DNA of 64,000 bases. Origin: Anolis carolinensis. Lineage: Eukaryota. The position numbers and the translations under genes were made by a program. Location: the NCBI RefSeq assembly GCF_035594765.1, contig NC_085841.1, positions 157,961,574 through 158,025,573 on the forward strand, read 5' to 3'. Positions 10,485-23,910 of this stretch are shown piece after piece. The notes beneath the pieces are model-generated. The model did no database searches. It was not told where the DNA came from and saw nothing but the letters and a program-made list of their open reading frames with translations. Each line of letters opens with the position of its first letter. The stretch's first letter is position 1.

Positions 10485-12979
10485 GTGAGTTTTTCAGTAC
10501 TGCTTATGAGAATCAGACCTATAATTGCTATTGCATCATTCAAGCCATGGCAAATTTCAAAGTGGACATGAGCTTTAGCAGGCTTCATTGGATGTGGACA
10601 TGCTATTTTTCCTGTCAGGGGGATCCAGCAGTCAGACAGGGGGCCAAGCTGTTGGTGCAGAATCTGCAATGTGTATTCAGTGGCACATATAAAAATAGCA
10701 GATTCCCTCCTAAAGTTCTAACTGCCATTCTAGACCAGAATGAAGAAGGCGGGGCCAGGAAGACATCTTTCCACCATGTCTCCTGTATCAATTTAACAAT
10801 ATAATAATATATAATAATTTTGTACTATACTAATATTATAATCTATTGTATATACATGTAATATTAATAATAATATTATGATGTAATACAATGTAATAAT
10901 TATAATTTACTATTATAATTGTATATTTATATTACATGCAATATTACAAATAATATTGCAATATAGTCTTATAATATAATATATTGTATGTATATATACT
11001 TATAAACCGCCCTGAATCCTCTTGGGGTGAGAAGGGCGGGATATAAATGTTGCTAATAAATAAATAAAGTTCTAATAACTCACAACAGCAGATTTTAGAA
11101 TATTTCTCTCTATTAATCTATGTGCATTTTGTGTACTCGATCATTGCAATTTTCACCAATCTTGCTCTTTTTGGCCAAGGCAGAGTTTGTTTTCTTGTTC
11201 AGAAAAGAAATAGCACCCACCTCACTCAACTTAGGTAAATGGAAGCAAACTAATATGGACATCTTTTCATCATTATTTCTGAATTTGAATTCTTCAAGCT
11301 GCACATGATACTTAGTTTCCTATAGAGTACACATTCCTAAAACATTTTTCTGCTTTGAGCAATTCAAGATCCAGTTCTATATGCTGGGATTAGATACCAT
11401 CAAGTCTTAATTTTTAATCCATTTCAAATCGATATGTATACACTATTAGAGTTTACACTATTGCCGCTTAGTTTCATCTTTGTAGGTTGTCTAGGTTGTG
11501 AACATTTGGAGGCACCTTTTTCTTTATATAAAAAACAGCTACTCAAATAAAATACTGATTAGAACCTATGTTCTAATCTTTAATCAGGTGCAAATAATTT
11601 CCTTGATGGCTATACCAATGAAATTGTGCCATTTCTGGCATTGTCATTTTTGCCTGTGTACATTCATGTTTGTTCCATCCTGTTTTCATATATATTTGTA
11701 TTCATATTGGCATTTTTTGAAAATATGCAATAAAATTTTCATTTCAAATTTATTTTTCATTTTAAGCACTTTAAGTAATCTTTTATATGCATTTGTCCTG
11801 TCATAGACATTTGATTATGCAGTTTTATTTTTGAGATGATGCACATTTGGAAAGTCTAGAACGCATATTTCAAACTCAAGGCCTACGGGATGAATCCAGC
11901 TCACCATGATATTTTCTGTGGCCCTCCAGGTGCTGGACTTCAGGTTCAGTCTTCCTCATCATTTTACATCATGGCTAGAGCTGATGGGATTTGGGGTACA
12001 ATAACATCTGGAAGGCTGCAGTTTGTTCTGTTTAGTCAAGAGAGAGGGGTTTGAATATAGACATAAGGCTTGTAGATAGGATGTCCCACTTTAAAATGCC
12101 CTTTAACTTTTCCCTAATCTCAGAGCCATAAATGCTCTTGCACTGCAGTTCCCATTATCCCCAGTCCGCAAGGCAGATAATCAAAACTGATGGGAGTTGT
12201 AATTTAGTAATATCTGGGGACCCTAATTAGGTAAAAAGAGCACTAACCACTATGTAAAAAAAATATAGTTGGTCCTCTGTATCCACTGATACTTTGTCTA
12301 TTGATTTAATGGCTCTTTGAAGGCAGCCATAAGGTTGATGTGGCCTCCTGGTCTAGAAGGTAACTACATTCCAAATGGTATATCTACACAGCAGAATTAA
12401 TGTATTTCAACACCACTTTAACTGCTATGGCACAGTGCTATATAACCATGGGAGTTGTATTTTTCCAAAGCCTTTAGTCTTCCTTTTTAAAGAGTGCTGA
12501 TTCCTCACCAAACTACAACACACAGGGTTTCATAACAATGAGCCATCAAAAGAAATCTTCGGGCATTCCTAGTCAGCTTTGCTTTAATAAGTTTATTCTT
12601 GTATCCTGCCCCATCTCCCCAAAGGGACTCAGGGCGGCTCACATGAGGACCAATCCCAGTAATACACAATCAAAAACATCAACATAGGTACATTTAACTT
12701 ATAACATGTAAAATCTTAAATACATCCATTACAATCAAATAAAAACAACTCAACAACGCTTTGCTAATTGTAAATTCTTTAGGCTTTTCAGATAATGTTT
12801 GATGTTCTCATTAGAGAGTAAGTCATACTTTAATTAGTAAGACATACTTATGAATAAAGCTTTATAGGATTATGTGCCAAGAAATTGTAGATTTTTTTTC
12901 ATTGAAGGTTCTTAGTTTTATGTATTTGTTGTAAAAGCAAAACAGGAAGAGTTAAAAATATTTCACTTTTGTCTTATAG

Positions 12980-13082
12980 GGAATTACATATGACCATGTA
13001 GAACTTAATGTTTATTTAAATGGAAAAAATATGCACTGTCCAGCTTCAGGAATCAGAGGGACTGTCTTCCCTGTGGTGTATG
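12980..13082 (+). CDS. SPRYD7: SPRYD7 coding exon 4
   Basis: ttatag|GGA; GITYDHVELNVYLNGKNMHCPASGIRGTVFPVVY; G|GTACGT. Confidence 0.97.
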
Positions 13083-14331
13083 GTACGTCGTGGTACTTCA
13101 AGTTATCTTTACATAAATGAGCATATTATTTGACTCAGGTTAAATTCCCACTCCGTTATGTAGTTCACTGAGATTGATAAATGCCATAAAATCCACCTAG
13201 CTTCCCTTGCAAGGTAGCGATGCTGTTGAAATGAAGTGGGGAACCATTCACCTTGGAGCTTCTGGCAGAAAAGGTGGAAAGTAAATGTAATTAATAAATG
13301 GATCAACAGAAAAACTATTATTTCGTAGCAAATTACCAGAGGCCTGCATTTGATAAGCCCATATTTCTACTTCTTGACCAACTTTCTGCCAAAGGGCCAC
13401 TTTTAATTTTGGGAAATTTGGGGAAAATTTGTATTAATTCTCTGACTATTTAAAATTTTCTTTGAGGTTACATGAAAATGACCACTTGCAAAATATTCTA
13501 ATTTTTATTTCAAAATTTGGAATTACAATGGCAATTCTCTTTTAAAAGTTGTGGTAGAATTAGTATAGTATATACCTGAAGCCAGTAAGTTAAGGTGGTA
13601 GATACAGTTTATGAAAAGTTCCTAGGGTCAGTTAATGTTTTTGAACTGTCTCAGTATACTAATACTCAGGAGAAGACAGAATTTTATTTGCTAGAAATTT
13701 TTAACCAGACCAATATGCTTCACCATCCCTAGATTAATGTTTGGATTAGTCAGAGTTAACCATCAAATTGTGGACTTTGATAAACTTTGCAGTGCAGTTC
13801 TCAGCTGAATACTGGAGGACAGAGTAACACTGTAAAATATGTTCTTGGCACTTTTGTATTTTAATTTGTATAACTGGGATTAGGTCTGGTTTAGTTTCTC
13901 TTAAATTACAAAGTTTGTGATTTCAGACATAGTATTTTCTTCAAAAGGAGAATTCTAGTTGCCAATTCTGGACACCAGGTTTGTGGAAGAGGTTGAAGTA
14001 ATTCTCTGGTGTATATTTTACTGTATAAAGGATCTGTCCTTCACCATCTCATAATTTAAAACTTCCCCCAGTTTTCTACCTGGTTATCACCTCAATCCAA
14101 CTGTAACTTTTCCCCCCCTCATTTTAAAAATATTTTTATGATTATTAAGCCCCGCTTCTATTCCATGTTTTTCCCATCTTATTTAATAATTCTCCTTCTT
14201 TTAAACTCCCTTTCTAATTTTACATTGCTTTTTCCCTGTGTCTTTCCTTCCTTGTAGTTTGACCCAGGGCTTCCTTAGACGCAATTTCAGCACGCTTGAT
14301 ATTAGGACAGAGTGTTGGAAAATATCTAATA

Positions 14332-14652
14332 CAGTAGTCTCACTTATTCAAGCCGCGCTTATCCAAGCCTCTGGATAATCCAAGCCATTTTTGTAGTCCA
14401 TGTTTTCAATAGATCGTGATATTTTGGTGCTAAATTCGTGAATACAGTAATTACAACATAACATTATTGCGCATTGAACTACTTTTTCTGTAAAATTTGT
14501 TGTATAACATGATGTTTTGGTGCTTAATTTGTAAAATCATAACCTAATTTGATGTTTAATAAGCTTTTTCTTAATCCCTCCTTATTATCCAAGATATTCG
14601 CTTATCCAAGCTTCTGCTGGCCCGTTTAGCTTGGATAAGTGAGACTCTACTG
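14332..14652 (-). mobile_element. Tc1/mariner-like MITE (same family as 5884-6206)
   Basis: Reverse-complement homologue with TA flanks. Confidence 0.9.
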
Positions 14653-15750
14653 TAGTAATGAAGTCTTGACTTGAAACAGTAGCAAAAGTGTGTTCTGGAA
14701 AATCTGTTGAAGGATTGTTTCAGCCAGAGCAATGGCCATAGAACAATAGCTACTGTCTTCCTAGTAAGGAAAAGGTTCTACCATTTTATTTTTATCATCA
14801 GGAAATCAAAGGGAGTAGGTGTTCTGGGATGTGCCACAGGACATTTTACTCTACTGATGTGATAACAACACAAAGGTGTACTCAAGGTGATGCTGGCCAA
14901 ATAATCTTATTCTGCAGAAAGTTTTGTGTCACAAACTTAATAATTGCCTACTCATGAATGGTGTGCACTGTAGATTATCAGGTAAAGAAGTTCTCAGAAT
15001 TGGGATGTAACTTGTCTTGTGCATTTGTATGGAATTGCTACCCATTTCTATTTGTCCCATTCGTATGGCCCCGTTTCCATTTCTGTCCCCCGCTTCCAAA
15101 AACAGGTGCTCGCAGGGCCTACAGTCAAGCACTCAATGCTCGTAGACCTGGAGCACTCGGCGCTGTAGGCCCTGCCTGCCAGGCTTACAAGCGTTGGGCA
15201 CCTGGCGTTTGGCTGTAGGCCCTGCAAGCCGGGCCTACGAGCGCCGAGCCAAAAATCAGCTGACCAAATGGCTACCGTTCCCCCCTTTCATTTGTTTTGC
15301 TGCTCTTTCCATTCCGGAAGGGTTGTACTGTTCCGTGCCATCCGAATGGACAGAACGGTATGGAAACATGAAAGAAATAGAAGAAAAAGTATTCGGGCCC
15401 AACTCTAGATGTGACAAGGTTCAATTGTTGATATGCCACATATATTTGTGATATATTCACAGTCTCTTATTTTAGAAGCTCGGGGTGAGGAACCATCGAA
15501 ACAGGGACACTGTACTATGCAAAGGTTCCCAGTGTGATTTATAGTTCTTCTGCCTCCCCACTTCACAATCCATCCCTTTGTGGAAGGACTGCAGTGAAAG
15601 TTGTGGGGCCAACGGCACAGCTTCAGTCTTCCTGTTACATGACGGACATTTTTTAAAAGTACATAAAACTTTGCATCTGTGGTTATTCGAATGTTAATTA
15701 TAAATACATGCAAGTTCTTACTAATTTTCCTTTTCTTTTTCCCATTACAG

Positions 15751-15848
15751 TTGATGACAGCGCCATTTTGGATTGTCAGTTCAGTGACTTTTATCATACT
15801 CCTCCGGCAGGATTTGAAAAAATACTCTTTGAACAACAGATTTTCTGA
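15751..15848 (+). CDS. SPRYD7: SPRYD7 coding exon 5 (stop)
   Basis: ttacag|TT; VDDSAILDCQFSDFYHTPPAGFEKILFEQQIF*. Summed CDS is 618 nt. Confidence 0.97.
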
Positions 15849-16566
15849 ATGTTCTCACTGAGAATTCATCACCAGTCATTTTAGAAAAGTTTCCTCTCAA
15901 AGCTTCCTTTTATTCCCAGAACACAAACCTATACGTCCTAAAGTGTGTTTAACTTTAGAAAAAGAATGCATTGCCAAAGAAGCGTGTTCCAAATGTTAAA
16001 TTTATCGTTTTGTGATGTGGATAGTACTTGTATTTGAGGTAAAGGGATATAGCTTACAGAATTAAGTGACCCCAGTGTCTAAAGATGCTATATAATATAA
16101 TCATTTTATTCATATTGATATATTTTACAAATTGTAAGCTCTGCTAGTTCCAACTTTCTTGTATTCAGAGAAACTACTGAAAGACATGGATTTCAAATAT
16201 CGCAAATAGCAAATCACATTGCAAATCACAAACAGCAAAACTGCAGCTGTTTTCCCCCCACTTTAAAAAAAAAAATTGAGATTACTGTTTTAAAATGCAC
16301 TGCATTAAAGTCTGGATACACTGCTGATTGTAAAATGAAAAGTCAGCCCTAGCTGAAATTGGTTGTTATGATAAAGGCTTACTTTTGAGCTCTAACCAGT
16401 TGTTAGGGACACCTCTTATTTAAATATTTTCCCAGTAAATATGTATGAGCTGTATATATTTGTGGCTGTATTAAATTGCTTTTTGTGCACTAAAAATATA
16501 GCATACTTTTCATAAAAATAGCATTATTGTATGTCCAGAATATGCTCCAAGTGACCTATTGCTTTA

Positions 16567-16572
16567 AATAAA
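16567..16572 (+). terminator. Candidate SPRYD7 polyadenylation signal
   Basis: AATAAA in the AT-rich, TE-free 3'UTR. Other ATTAAA candidates lie nearby. Confidence 0.45.
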
Positions 16573-17077
16573 ATTAACAATTTTCTTTCTGAGGAAAGAG
16601 ACATTTTAAAATTAATTTGATTACAGCTTTCTGATTTTTACAATATACAATAGTGTATCATGAACAACTGTTTTTGTTTCTCCATTTTCTTTATTTGCTA
16701 TAGATGCTGTTGTATTTTACTATTGGTTATGTGTATTTTCAAATAAGTTTTTTAAAATTTACATTAAGATCCATACGAAATATTCTATCAGATTTTACAG
16801 TCTTCTTAACAAATCAAGATAATACTCTACCAACTTCATTATAATTTTTATATTTTTAAAGGAAAACATCCTTTTGCAACTTTCTAAGAAAATTATTTGA
16901 GGACTTTATTTGTAAATACAGAGCATAATGTTTATACATAAGGATCTTAATTCCTGTCACTTTATTCCTGTAACTTTAAGTTGTAAAACCTCCTGTGACA
17001 TGCCTTAGTCTACTGCTGAATGACTACTGCATTACTCAGATTTCTAGGGCTGTACACCTATGGGATCTGACATTAAA

Positions 17078-17582
17078 AGCTAGTATGGTATAATGGTTTG
17101 AACACTGAACTACAACATTGGATTACAACTCTGAAGTCACAGGTTTGAATCCATACTTTGCCATGGAGACTCATTGGATAACTTTGGACAAGTCACACTC
17201 TTTTAGCCTGAGAGGAGCCCTTGGTGGTGCAGTGGATTAATAAACCCTTGTGCCAGCAGGACTGTTGACTAAAAGGTCTGGTTATTTGAATCCAGGGAGC
17301 AGGGATAGCTAATGTCTGTCAGCTCCAGCTTCCCATGTGGGGACATGAGAAAAGCTCCATAGGACAGTAAAACATCCAGGCATCCCCTGGGCATCGTCCT
17401 TGCAGACAGCCAATTCTCTCACACCAGAAGCGACTTGCAGTTTCTCAAGTCGCTCCTGACAGGAAAAAAAAGCCCAAGAGCAGACATCTATTTTGAACAA
17501 ACCTTGCTAAGAAAACAGTATGATAGGTATGCTTTAGGGTCATTATACATTGGAAACAATTTGAAGGCATACAACAACAACT
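17078..17582 (+). mobile_element. Old tRNA/CORE-like SINE with a nested A-tailed Sauria-like SINE (~17213-17470)
   Basis: tRNA-like head with GGACAAGTCAC core. The nested copy resembles 4190-4489, and the host tail resumes to (CAA)n. Confidence 0.65.
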
Positions 17583-17749
17583 TTGTTGATACATTGGTAA
17601 GATGTTGCATACCCTTGCACTAGGACCAAACAAACATGTGATAAGTGCTCCTGATGGTTTCCAAAACCATTAAGGTGTTTTAAATGAGCGACATAGAAAT
17701 TGGTATTTTGTTTCATAGTTATTGGTCACAACATTGCAGCACTCCATTA

Positions 17750-18930
17750 CCTTTTTATTTTTTTAACATAATACTTATTCAAGTTTTACATATATATGAT
17801 AAAAGAAATACAGCAATGCTAGAAAGGAAAAAGAAGGTAAAGAAAAAGTAGAAAAAGAAAAAAAGAAGAAAAATCAGCAAAATCAAAGTTCTGCACTTCC
17901 GGTCTTCATCATGTTAATCTTTTTTTTTTTCCAGTCCTCGTTTTGTTATTATTGTCAGCTTCTCTGCTTCTTCTCATTTTCAGACAGTAGTTCTTTCCTT
18001 TCTAGAATTTATCTAGAGCATCATTTTCTTGTTTTCATTATTTTATTTGTTTGTTCTTCCTTAAATAAGTACTCCTTCACCGGACTTCAGTCCATTTCTT
18101 TCTTCCAAGTTCCTTGGTGAACTTGGTCAATAACTGTGTCAATTTGTCCATATTCCTTATTTCTAAAACTTTGACTAACTATTGTTGATTTAATGGTATC
18201 TCATTTATTCTCCAATTCCTTGCATATACAATTCTCGCTGCTATTGTTAGGTAATTTAAGAGTTTTACTTTATTCTTATCTAGTTTACTATCTGTAATTT
18301 CTAATATGTACATTTCTGGTTTCATTTGTATCTAATATTTTTTGAGTTTTTTCGTGAATGTCTTTCCAATATTCTTTTGCTTTTTTGCATGTCCACCACA
18401 CGTAGTAAAATGTGCCTTCTTGTGTTTCGCACTTCCAGCATTTGGTTTGCACATTTTTGCAATATTTTCCTAATTTTTGGGGAGTGATATATATATATAT
18501 ATAGGTATAGGTGTATTTTAGCTTCTTATTCCAGATATCTTCCCATTCTTCAAATTGAAGTGGACATCAAATATTTAAGGCCCATTTGTTCATACATTCT
18601 TTTACCTGTTCAGTTTCAGTATTCCATTCTAATAATTTCTTATATATTTTTGTAATTAATGTCCTGTCCGTCGACATTACTTTGCCCCAAAATGTTTCTT
18701 TATCCATAAATCCTATTATTTTGTCTTTATTATAAATGTGTTCTTTTAGTTGTCTATACTGAAACCAAGAAATATTTTGGTAGATTGATGTCTTCCTGAG
18801 TTTTTAGGATGTAATCCTCCTGTTTCTTCATTTTTCCCGTCCTAGTCATCTTTGTGAAGCTTCTAGGGGTAAAATCCACATTGGGGTTTTAAAATAAATT
18901 CTTTTAAAATATTTTCCCATACTTTTATCA
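17750..18930 (-). mobile_element. L1-clade LINE 3' fragment
   Basis: Minus strand encodes CWKCETQEGTFYYVWWTCKKAKEYWK (L1 ORF2 C-terminal Cys motif), followed by an A-rich end. Confidence 0.8.
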
Positions 18931-19165
18931 GGGCTCACTGTACAGGCAGTCTCTGAGTTAAAAACATCCAATTTACAAATGACTCCTAGTTATTAACAGG
19001 TGTGAGACAATAGGAAGTGAGAGAAATCTACCTCTTGAAATGGAAATTTATCCCTAAAAGAGTTGTTATTATGAGGAAAAGATGTCTTAATTGAAGTGTT
19101 ATCACCAATCCTTGTTTCCACAATAAGCCCTTTTTTCAAAATTATCACAAGGACAGAAAGTGAGG

Positions 19166-19891
19166 GTCCTTCCACACAGCCACATAACTCAGAATATCAA
19201 GGCGGGAATTCCCACAATATCAGCTTTGAACTGGATTCTGTGGCACGGTAGACTCATATAATTCAGTTCAAAGCAGATAATGTGGATTAGCTGCTCTGAT
19301 AATCTGGATTATAGATGGCAGTGAAAAGGGGCCTCCCTTGATTTCATTTTATTAATTCATGGCAGTAAAAGGGGGTGTCAAACTGCAATACCCCCACAGC
19401 CCTGTGCCCCCCCCCCCCCCCACCCGCATGGACAAAGGGCCCTTCCAGGCTCTATATGCCAGGATCTGATCCCAGGTTTTCCTCTTTAAACTGGATTATG
19501 AGTCTCCACTGCCAGATAATCCAGGATAAACAGAAAACCTGGGGTCAGATCCTGGGATATAGGGCCTATCTGAAGAGGCCCCCAGATAATCGAGGGCCCT
19601 TCCACACAGCCACATAACCCATAATATCAAGGCAGAAAATCCCACAATATGTGCTTTGAACTGGGTTATCTGAGTCCACACTGCCATATATCCCAGTTCA
19701 AAGCAGAAAATGTGGGATTTTATTCAGCTGCGTCGAAGGGGCCTGAGTCCACACTGCCATATATCCCAACTGAAAGCAGAAAATGGGGGTTTTATTCAGC
19801 TTTGTGGAAGGGGCCTCAATTCAAAGCAGATATTGTGGATTACTGTATCTGCCTTGATCTTCTGAGTTATGTGGCTGTGTGGAAGGGCCCT
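19166..19891. mobile_element. Array of nested palindromic MITEs upstream of the KPNA3 promoter
   Basis: Repeated CCTTCCACACAG/GTGTGGAAGG termini. Confidence 0.8.
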
Positions 19892-19959
19892 CCGACAGCG
19901 AGCAACTACTAAAAAATTTAGAGCTGGAGAGTCATTGTTTTTAACCCTTTCCTCCCACA

Positions 19960-20640
19960 AAGCCAGGACGCTTCCGACGCACGCGCACAACCCATTCCGA
20001 AGGTGGCACTCTAGGAGGAGGCAGGGCGAGTTCCTCAAGTGGAGAGAAAAGCAAAAGGCGTTAACTAGCAGCAAGCAGGAAGCTTCATCTCCGGATCATG
20101 TGTCACTCTGACATTTTAAGCGCTCTATGCTCCGCCTCCGCCTCCCCCGATTCTGACTCTTGAGCGCGGCTCGCGTGCGCGCGTGCGCAGTGGCCCGGAC
20201 CCTTCTGCCGTTCGTCACTGCGCGTCCTCCCTCCCCTTTCGCGCGCACGCCGCCGACGCCGCCGCTCGAGCCCAGAGCCGCCTCTGCCGCCGCCGTCGCC
20301 ATGGCTGACAACGCCGCTGCCGCCGCTGCCGCTGCCGCTGCCGCCGCAGAAAACCACCGCCTGAAGAGCTTCAAAAATAAAGGCCGCGACGTGGAGGTCT
20401 GTGCCGGCTGTGGGGTGGGGGCCTCGTCGTCGTTTCTCGGCTCGCAGGGGGAGTGGCTGGGCGGCTTGGGCCTAGGCCGGCGGGAGGGATAGAGGGTGGG
20501 CCCTTCCTGAGGCGGGGCGGGAGGCCGCTTTGTGCCCAGAGGGAGGGAGGCGGGCAGGCAGGCAGGCAGGCACTGCGGGAGAGGAGGCAAAACCAGCGTT
20601 TCTCTCTCCAGCGGGTCAGGACCCCTCCCTCATAATCGCC
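19960..20640 (+). promoter_or_regulatory. CpG island / promoter of KPNA3
   Basis: CpG-dense. NRF1-like GCGCGTGCGCA near 20180, a GCC-rich 5'UTR and Kozak GCCATGG. Confidence 0.85.
20301..20396 (+). CDS. KPNA3: Importin subunit alpha-4 (karyopherin alpha 3), exon 1
   Basis: MADN-A12-ENHRLKSFKNKGRDVE|GTCTGT. Confidence 0.93.
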
Positions 20641-20907
20641 CTCGCCTTTCACCTTTGAGACTCTTCCAAGGCAGTGGGAGGGTTCACAATGGTGGGCTTG
20701 CTGTTCTTGGCCAGGCTCCTTTCACCGTTGCCTCGGGGTGGCTGCATTCTGACAGGCGGTGGGTTGACACCTCCACGGAATCTCCTCCCGTGGAGCCCAA
20801 TGACTGGCCCCTATTGTTCTCCATGCTTGAAATTTTAGATGAAGGCCTTGTACTGCTTTTTATTTATTTATCTCCGTTTCTTTTCATCCTGTCTTTCTTC
20901 TGACTCA

Positions 20908-23900
20908 GGGCCCTTCTAGACAGTCATATAACCCAGATTATCAAGGCAGAAAAATCCACAATATCTGCTTTGAACTGGGTTATCTGAGTCTGCACTGCCA
21001 TATATCTCACTTCAAAGCAGATAATGTGGGGTTTTATTCAGCTGTGTGGAAGAGGCACCAGTTCAAAGCAGATTTTGTGAGATTTTCTGCCTTGATATTA
21101 TGGGTTATATGGCTATGTGAAAGGGCCCTAAATTATCTGAGGGCACTTCTACACAGCCCTATGTCCCAGAATATCAAGACAGAAAATCCCATAAATATTA
21201 GCTTTGAACTGTGTTACCTGAGTCCACACTGCTATATATTCCTGTTCAAAGCAGATAATGTGGGATTTTATTCAGCTGTGTGGAAGGGGCGTGAGTGTAC
21301 ACTGACATATATCCCTGTTCAAAACTGATAATGTGGGATTTTCCGGTCTTAATATTCTGGGTTATATGGCTGTGTGGAAGGGCCATGAGTCCACACTGCC
21401 GTATATTCCAGTTCAAAGCAGAACATGTGGGATTTTATTCAGGTCTCTTTCACTCTTAATTTTATAGATCTGTGGAAGGAGCTTCAGGGCACTTTCGCAC
21501 AGCTATATAACTCAGAATATCAAGGCATAACATCCCACAATACCTGCTTTGAACTGGGTTATCTGGGGGCCCTTCCACACAGCTGTATAAAATCCCACAT
21601 TGTCTGCTTTGAACTGGAATATATGGCAGTGTAGACTCAGATAACCCAGTTCAAAGCAGATATTGCAGCATTATCTCCTTTGATATTCTGGGTTACATGG
21701 CTCTGTGGAAGGGCCTTTAGTCCACACTGCCATATATTCCAGTTCAAAGCAGAAAATGAGGAATTTTATTTAGCTGTGTGGAAGGGGGCGCAGGGCTTAT
21801 ATCCCAGGATCTTATCCCAGGTTTTCTGCTTTAAATTGGATTATATGAGTCCCCAATGCCAAATAATTCAGGTCCCTTCCACACAGCTTTATAAAATCCA
21901 CATTGAATTGGATTATATGGCAGTGTGGACTCAGATAATCCAGTGCAAAGCAGATATTATGGGTTTTTCTACCTTGATATTCTGGGTTATATGGTTGTGT
22001 GGAACGGCCCCCCAGAGTCTGGGAGCAGTTGCCAAAAGGCCCTCTCTCCTGTTCTTGCCAAACACCTTTGAGAGAGTGGAGGAACAGAGAGAATGCCATG
22101 ATTTTATGGCCCTTCTACACTGCCATACAACCCAGAATATCAAGGCAGATATCCACACTATCTGATTTGAACTGAGGCCGCTTCCACATGGCTGTATAAA
22201 ATCCCACATTATCTGCTTTGAACTGGGTTATATGGCAGTGTGGACTCAGGCCTCTTCCACACAACTAAATAAAATCCTACATTACCTGCTTTGAACTGTA
22301 ATATATGGGAGTGTGGACTCAGATAACTCAGTTCAAAGCAGATATTGTTGGATTTTCTGCCTTGATATTCTGGGATATAGGGCTGTGTGGAAGGGCCCTC
22401 AGAGAAACCAGTTCAAAGCTGATATTGTGGGTCATCTCCCTTGATATTCTGGGTTTTATGGCTGTGTGGAAGGGCCCAGTATTATTTGAGTCTACACTGC
22501 CATATAATCCAGTTCAATGTGTATTTTATACAATTGTGTGGAAGGGGCCTTTGTCCTGTAACATGATCATAAAGAGAAATATGGTCCTTCTTACAACAAG
22601 GACCCAAACCATATAGTCCCCTGGCTTTATTGTTGGTCATTTCTTATTTTCAAATAGATATTTTTCTTCTTTGAAAGTATGGTTTATTCAAATGTCCAGT
22701 GGCTTCTAGGAGAACTGCACTTTGACAACAGATGATAAAGGTGGATATTAGGGGGAAAGATTTTTTTTTTCGTGTCAGGAACAACCGGAGTTGCTTCTGG
22801 AGTGAGAGAATTGGCCGTCTGCAAGGACGTTGCCCAGGGGACACCCAGATGTTTTGATGTTTTATCATCCTTGTGGGAGGCTTCTCTCATATCCCCGCAT
22901 GGAGCTGGAGCTGATAGAGGGAGCTCATCCGCACTCTCCCCGGGTGGGATTAGAACCTGGCAGCTTTCAGGTCAGCAACCCAACCTTCAACCCTTGGCCA
23001 CCGGAGGCTCCAGGGGGAAAGATTAAGAAGAGAGAGTAAAGCACCCATCCCCAGCAGGGGCCCACTACTAACTACGAATGCTAAAATGAGGAAAACAAGG
23101 TGTATGTTTCTTGTAAAAGTCAGATTTTTTTTTGAGACTCAAGACTGAAAGCAGAGTGTGAAAAGAGTGGCCAGTGATGAGACTACCAGAGATGAGAAGT
23201 ATCTCAGGCCTGTTCTACATTGCCCTATATCCCAGGATCTGATCCCAGATTATCTGTTTTAAACTGGATTATATGAGTCTCCACTGCCAGATAACCTGGG
23301 ATAAACAGATAATCTGGGATCAGATCCTGGGATATAGGTACAGTGTGGAAGAGGCCTAAGGGCCCTTTCACACAGCCATATAACTCCAGAATATCAAGGC
23401 AGACAATCTTACAATATCTGCTTTGAACTGGGTTTTCTGAGTCCACACTGCCATATATTCCAATTCAAAGCAGAAAATGTGGGATTCTGGGTCATATGGC
23501 TGGGTTATATGGAGTCCCTGGTGGTGCAGCAGATTAAAAAGCTGAGCTGCTGAATTTGCTGACTGAAAGGTCAAATCTGGGGAGCGGGGTGAGCTCCTAC
23601 TGTTAGCCACAGCTTCTGTCAACCTAGCAGTTCGCAAACATGCAAATGTGAATAAATCAATAGGTACCACTCTGGCGGGAAGGTAACAACGCTTCATGCA
23701 GTCCCAACGGAGAAAGCCGGCTGTTTGACTTAGAAATTGAAATGAACACCACCCCCCAGAGTTGGACACAACAAGACTTAATGTCAAGGGGAAACTTTTA
23801 CCTTTACAATGGCTGTATGAAGGGCCCTCGGTTATCTGAGTCTACACTGCTACGTATCCCAGTTCAAAGCAGAAAATGTGGAATTTTATTCAGCTGTGTG

Positions 23901-23910
23901 GAAGAGATTT
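20908..23910. mobile_element. Large array of nested palindromic MITEs in KPNA3 intron 1, with SINEs at ~22770-23010 (-) and ~23510-23806 (+)
   Basis: Many full and partial units of the same family as 1-870. Confidence 0.85.

Noticed and set aside
20160-20300. N-terminal extension of KPNA3 from an upstream TTG start
   Set aside because: The ATG at 20301 has a strong Kozak context and matches the orthologue start; the open frame reflects GC content.
19166-23910. CRISPR-like repeat-spacer array
   Set aside because: Units are long, degenerate, irregular and in both orientations, with no unique spacers and no cas genes, in a eukaryotic context.
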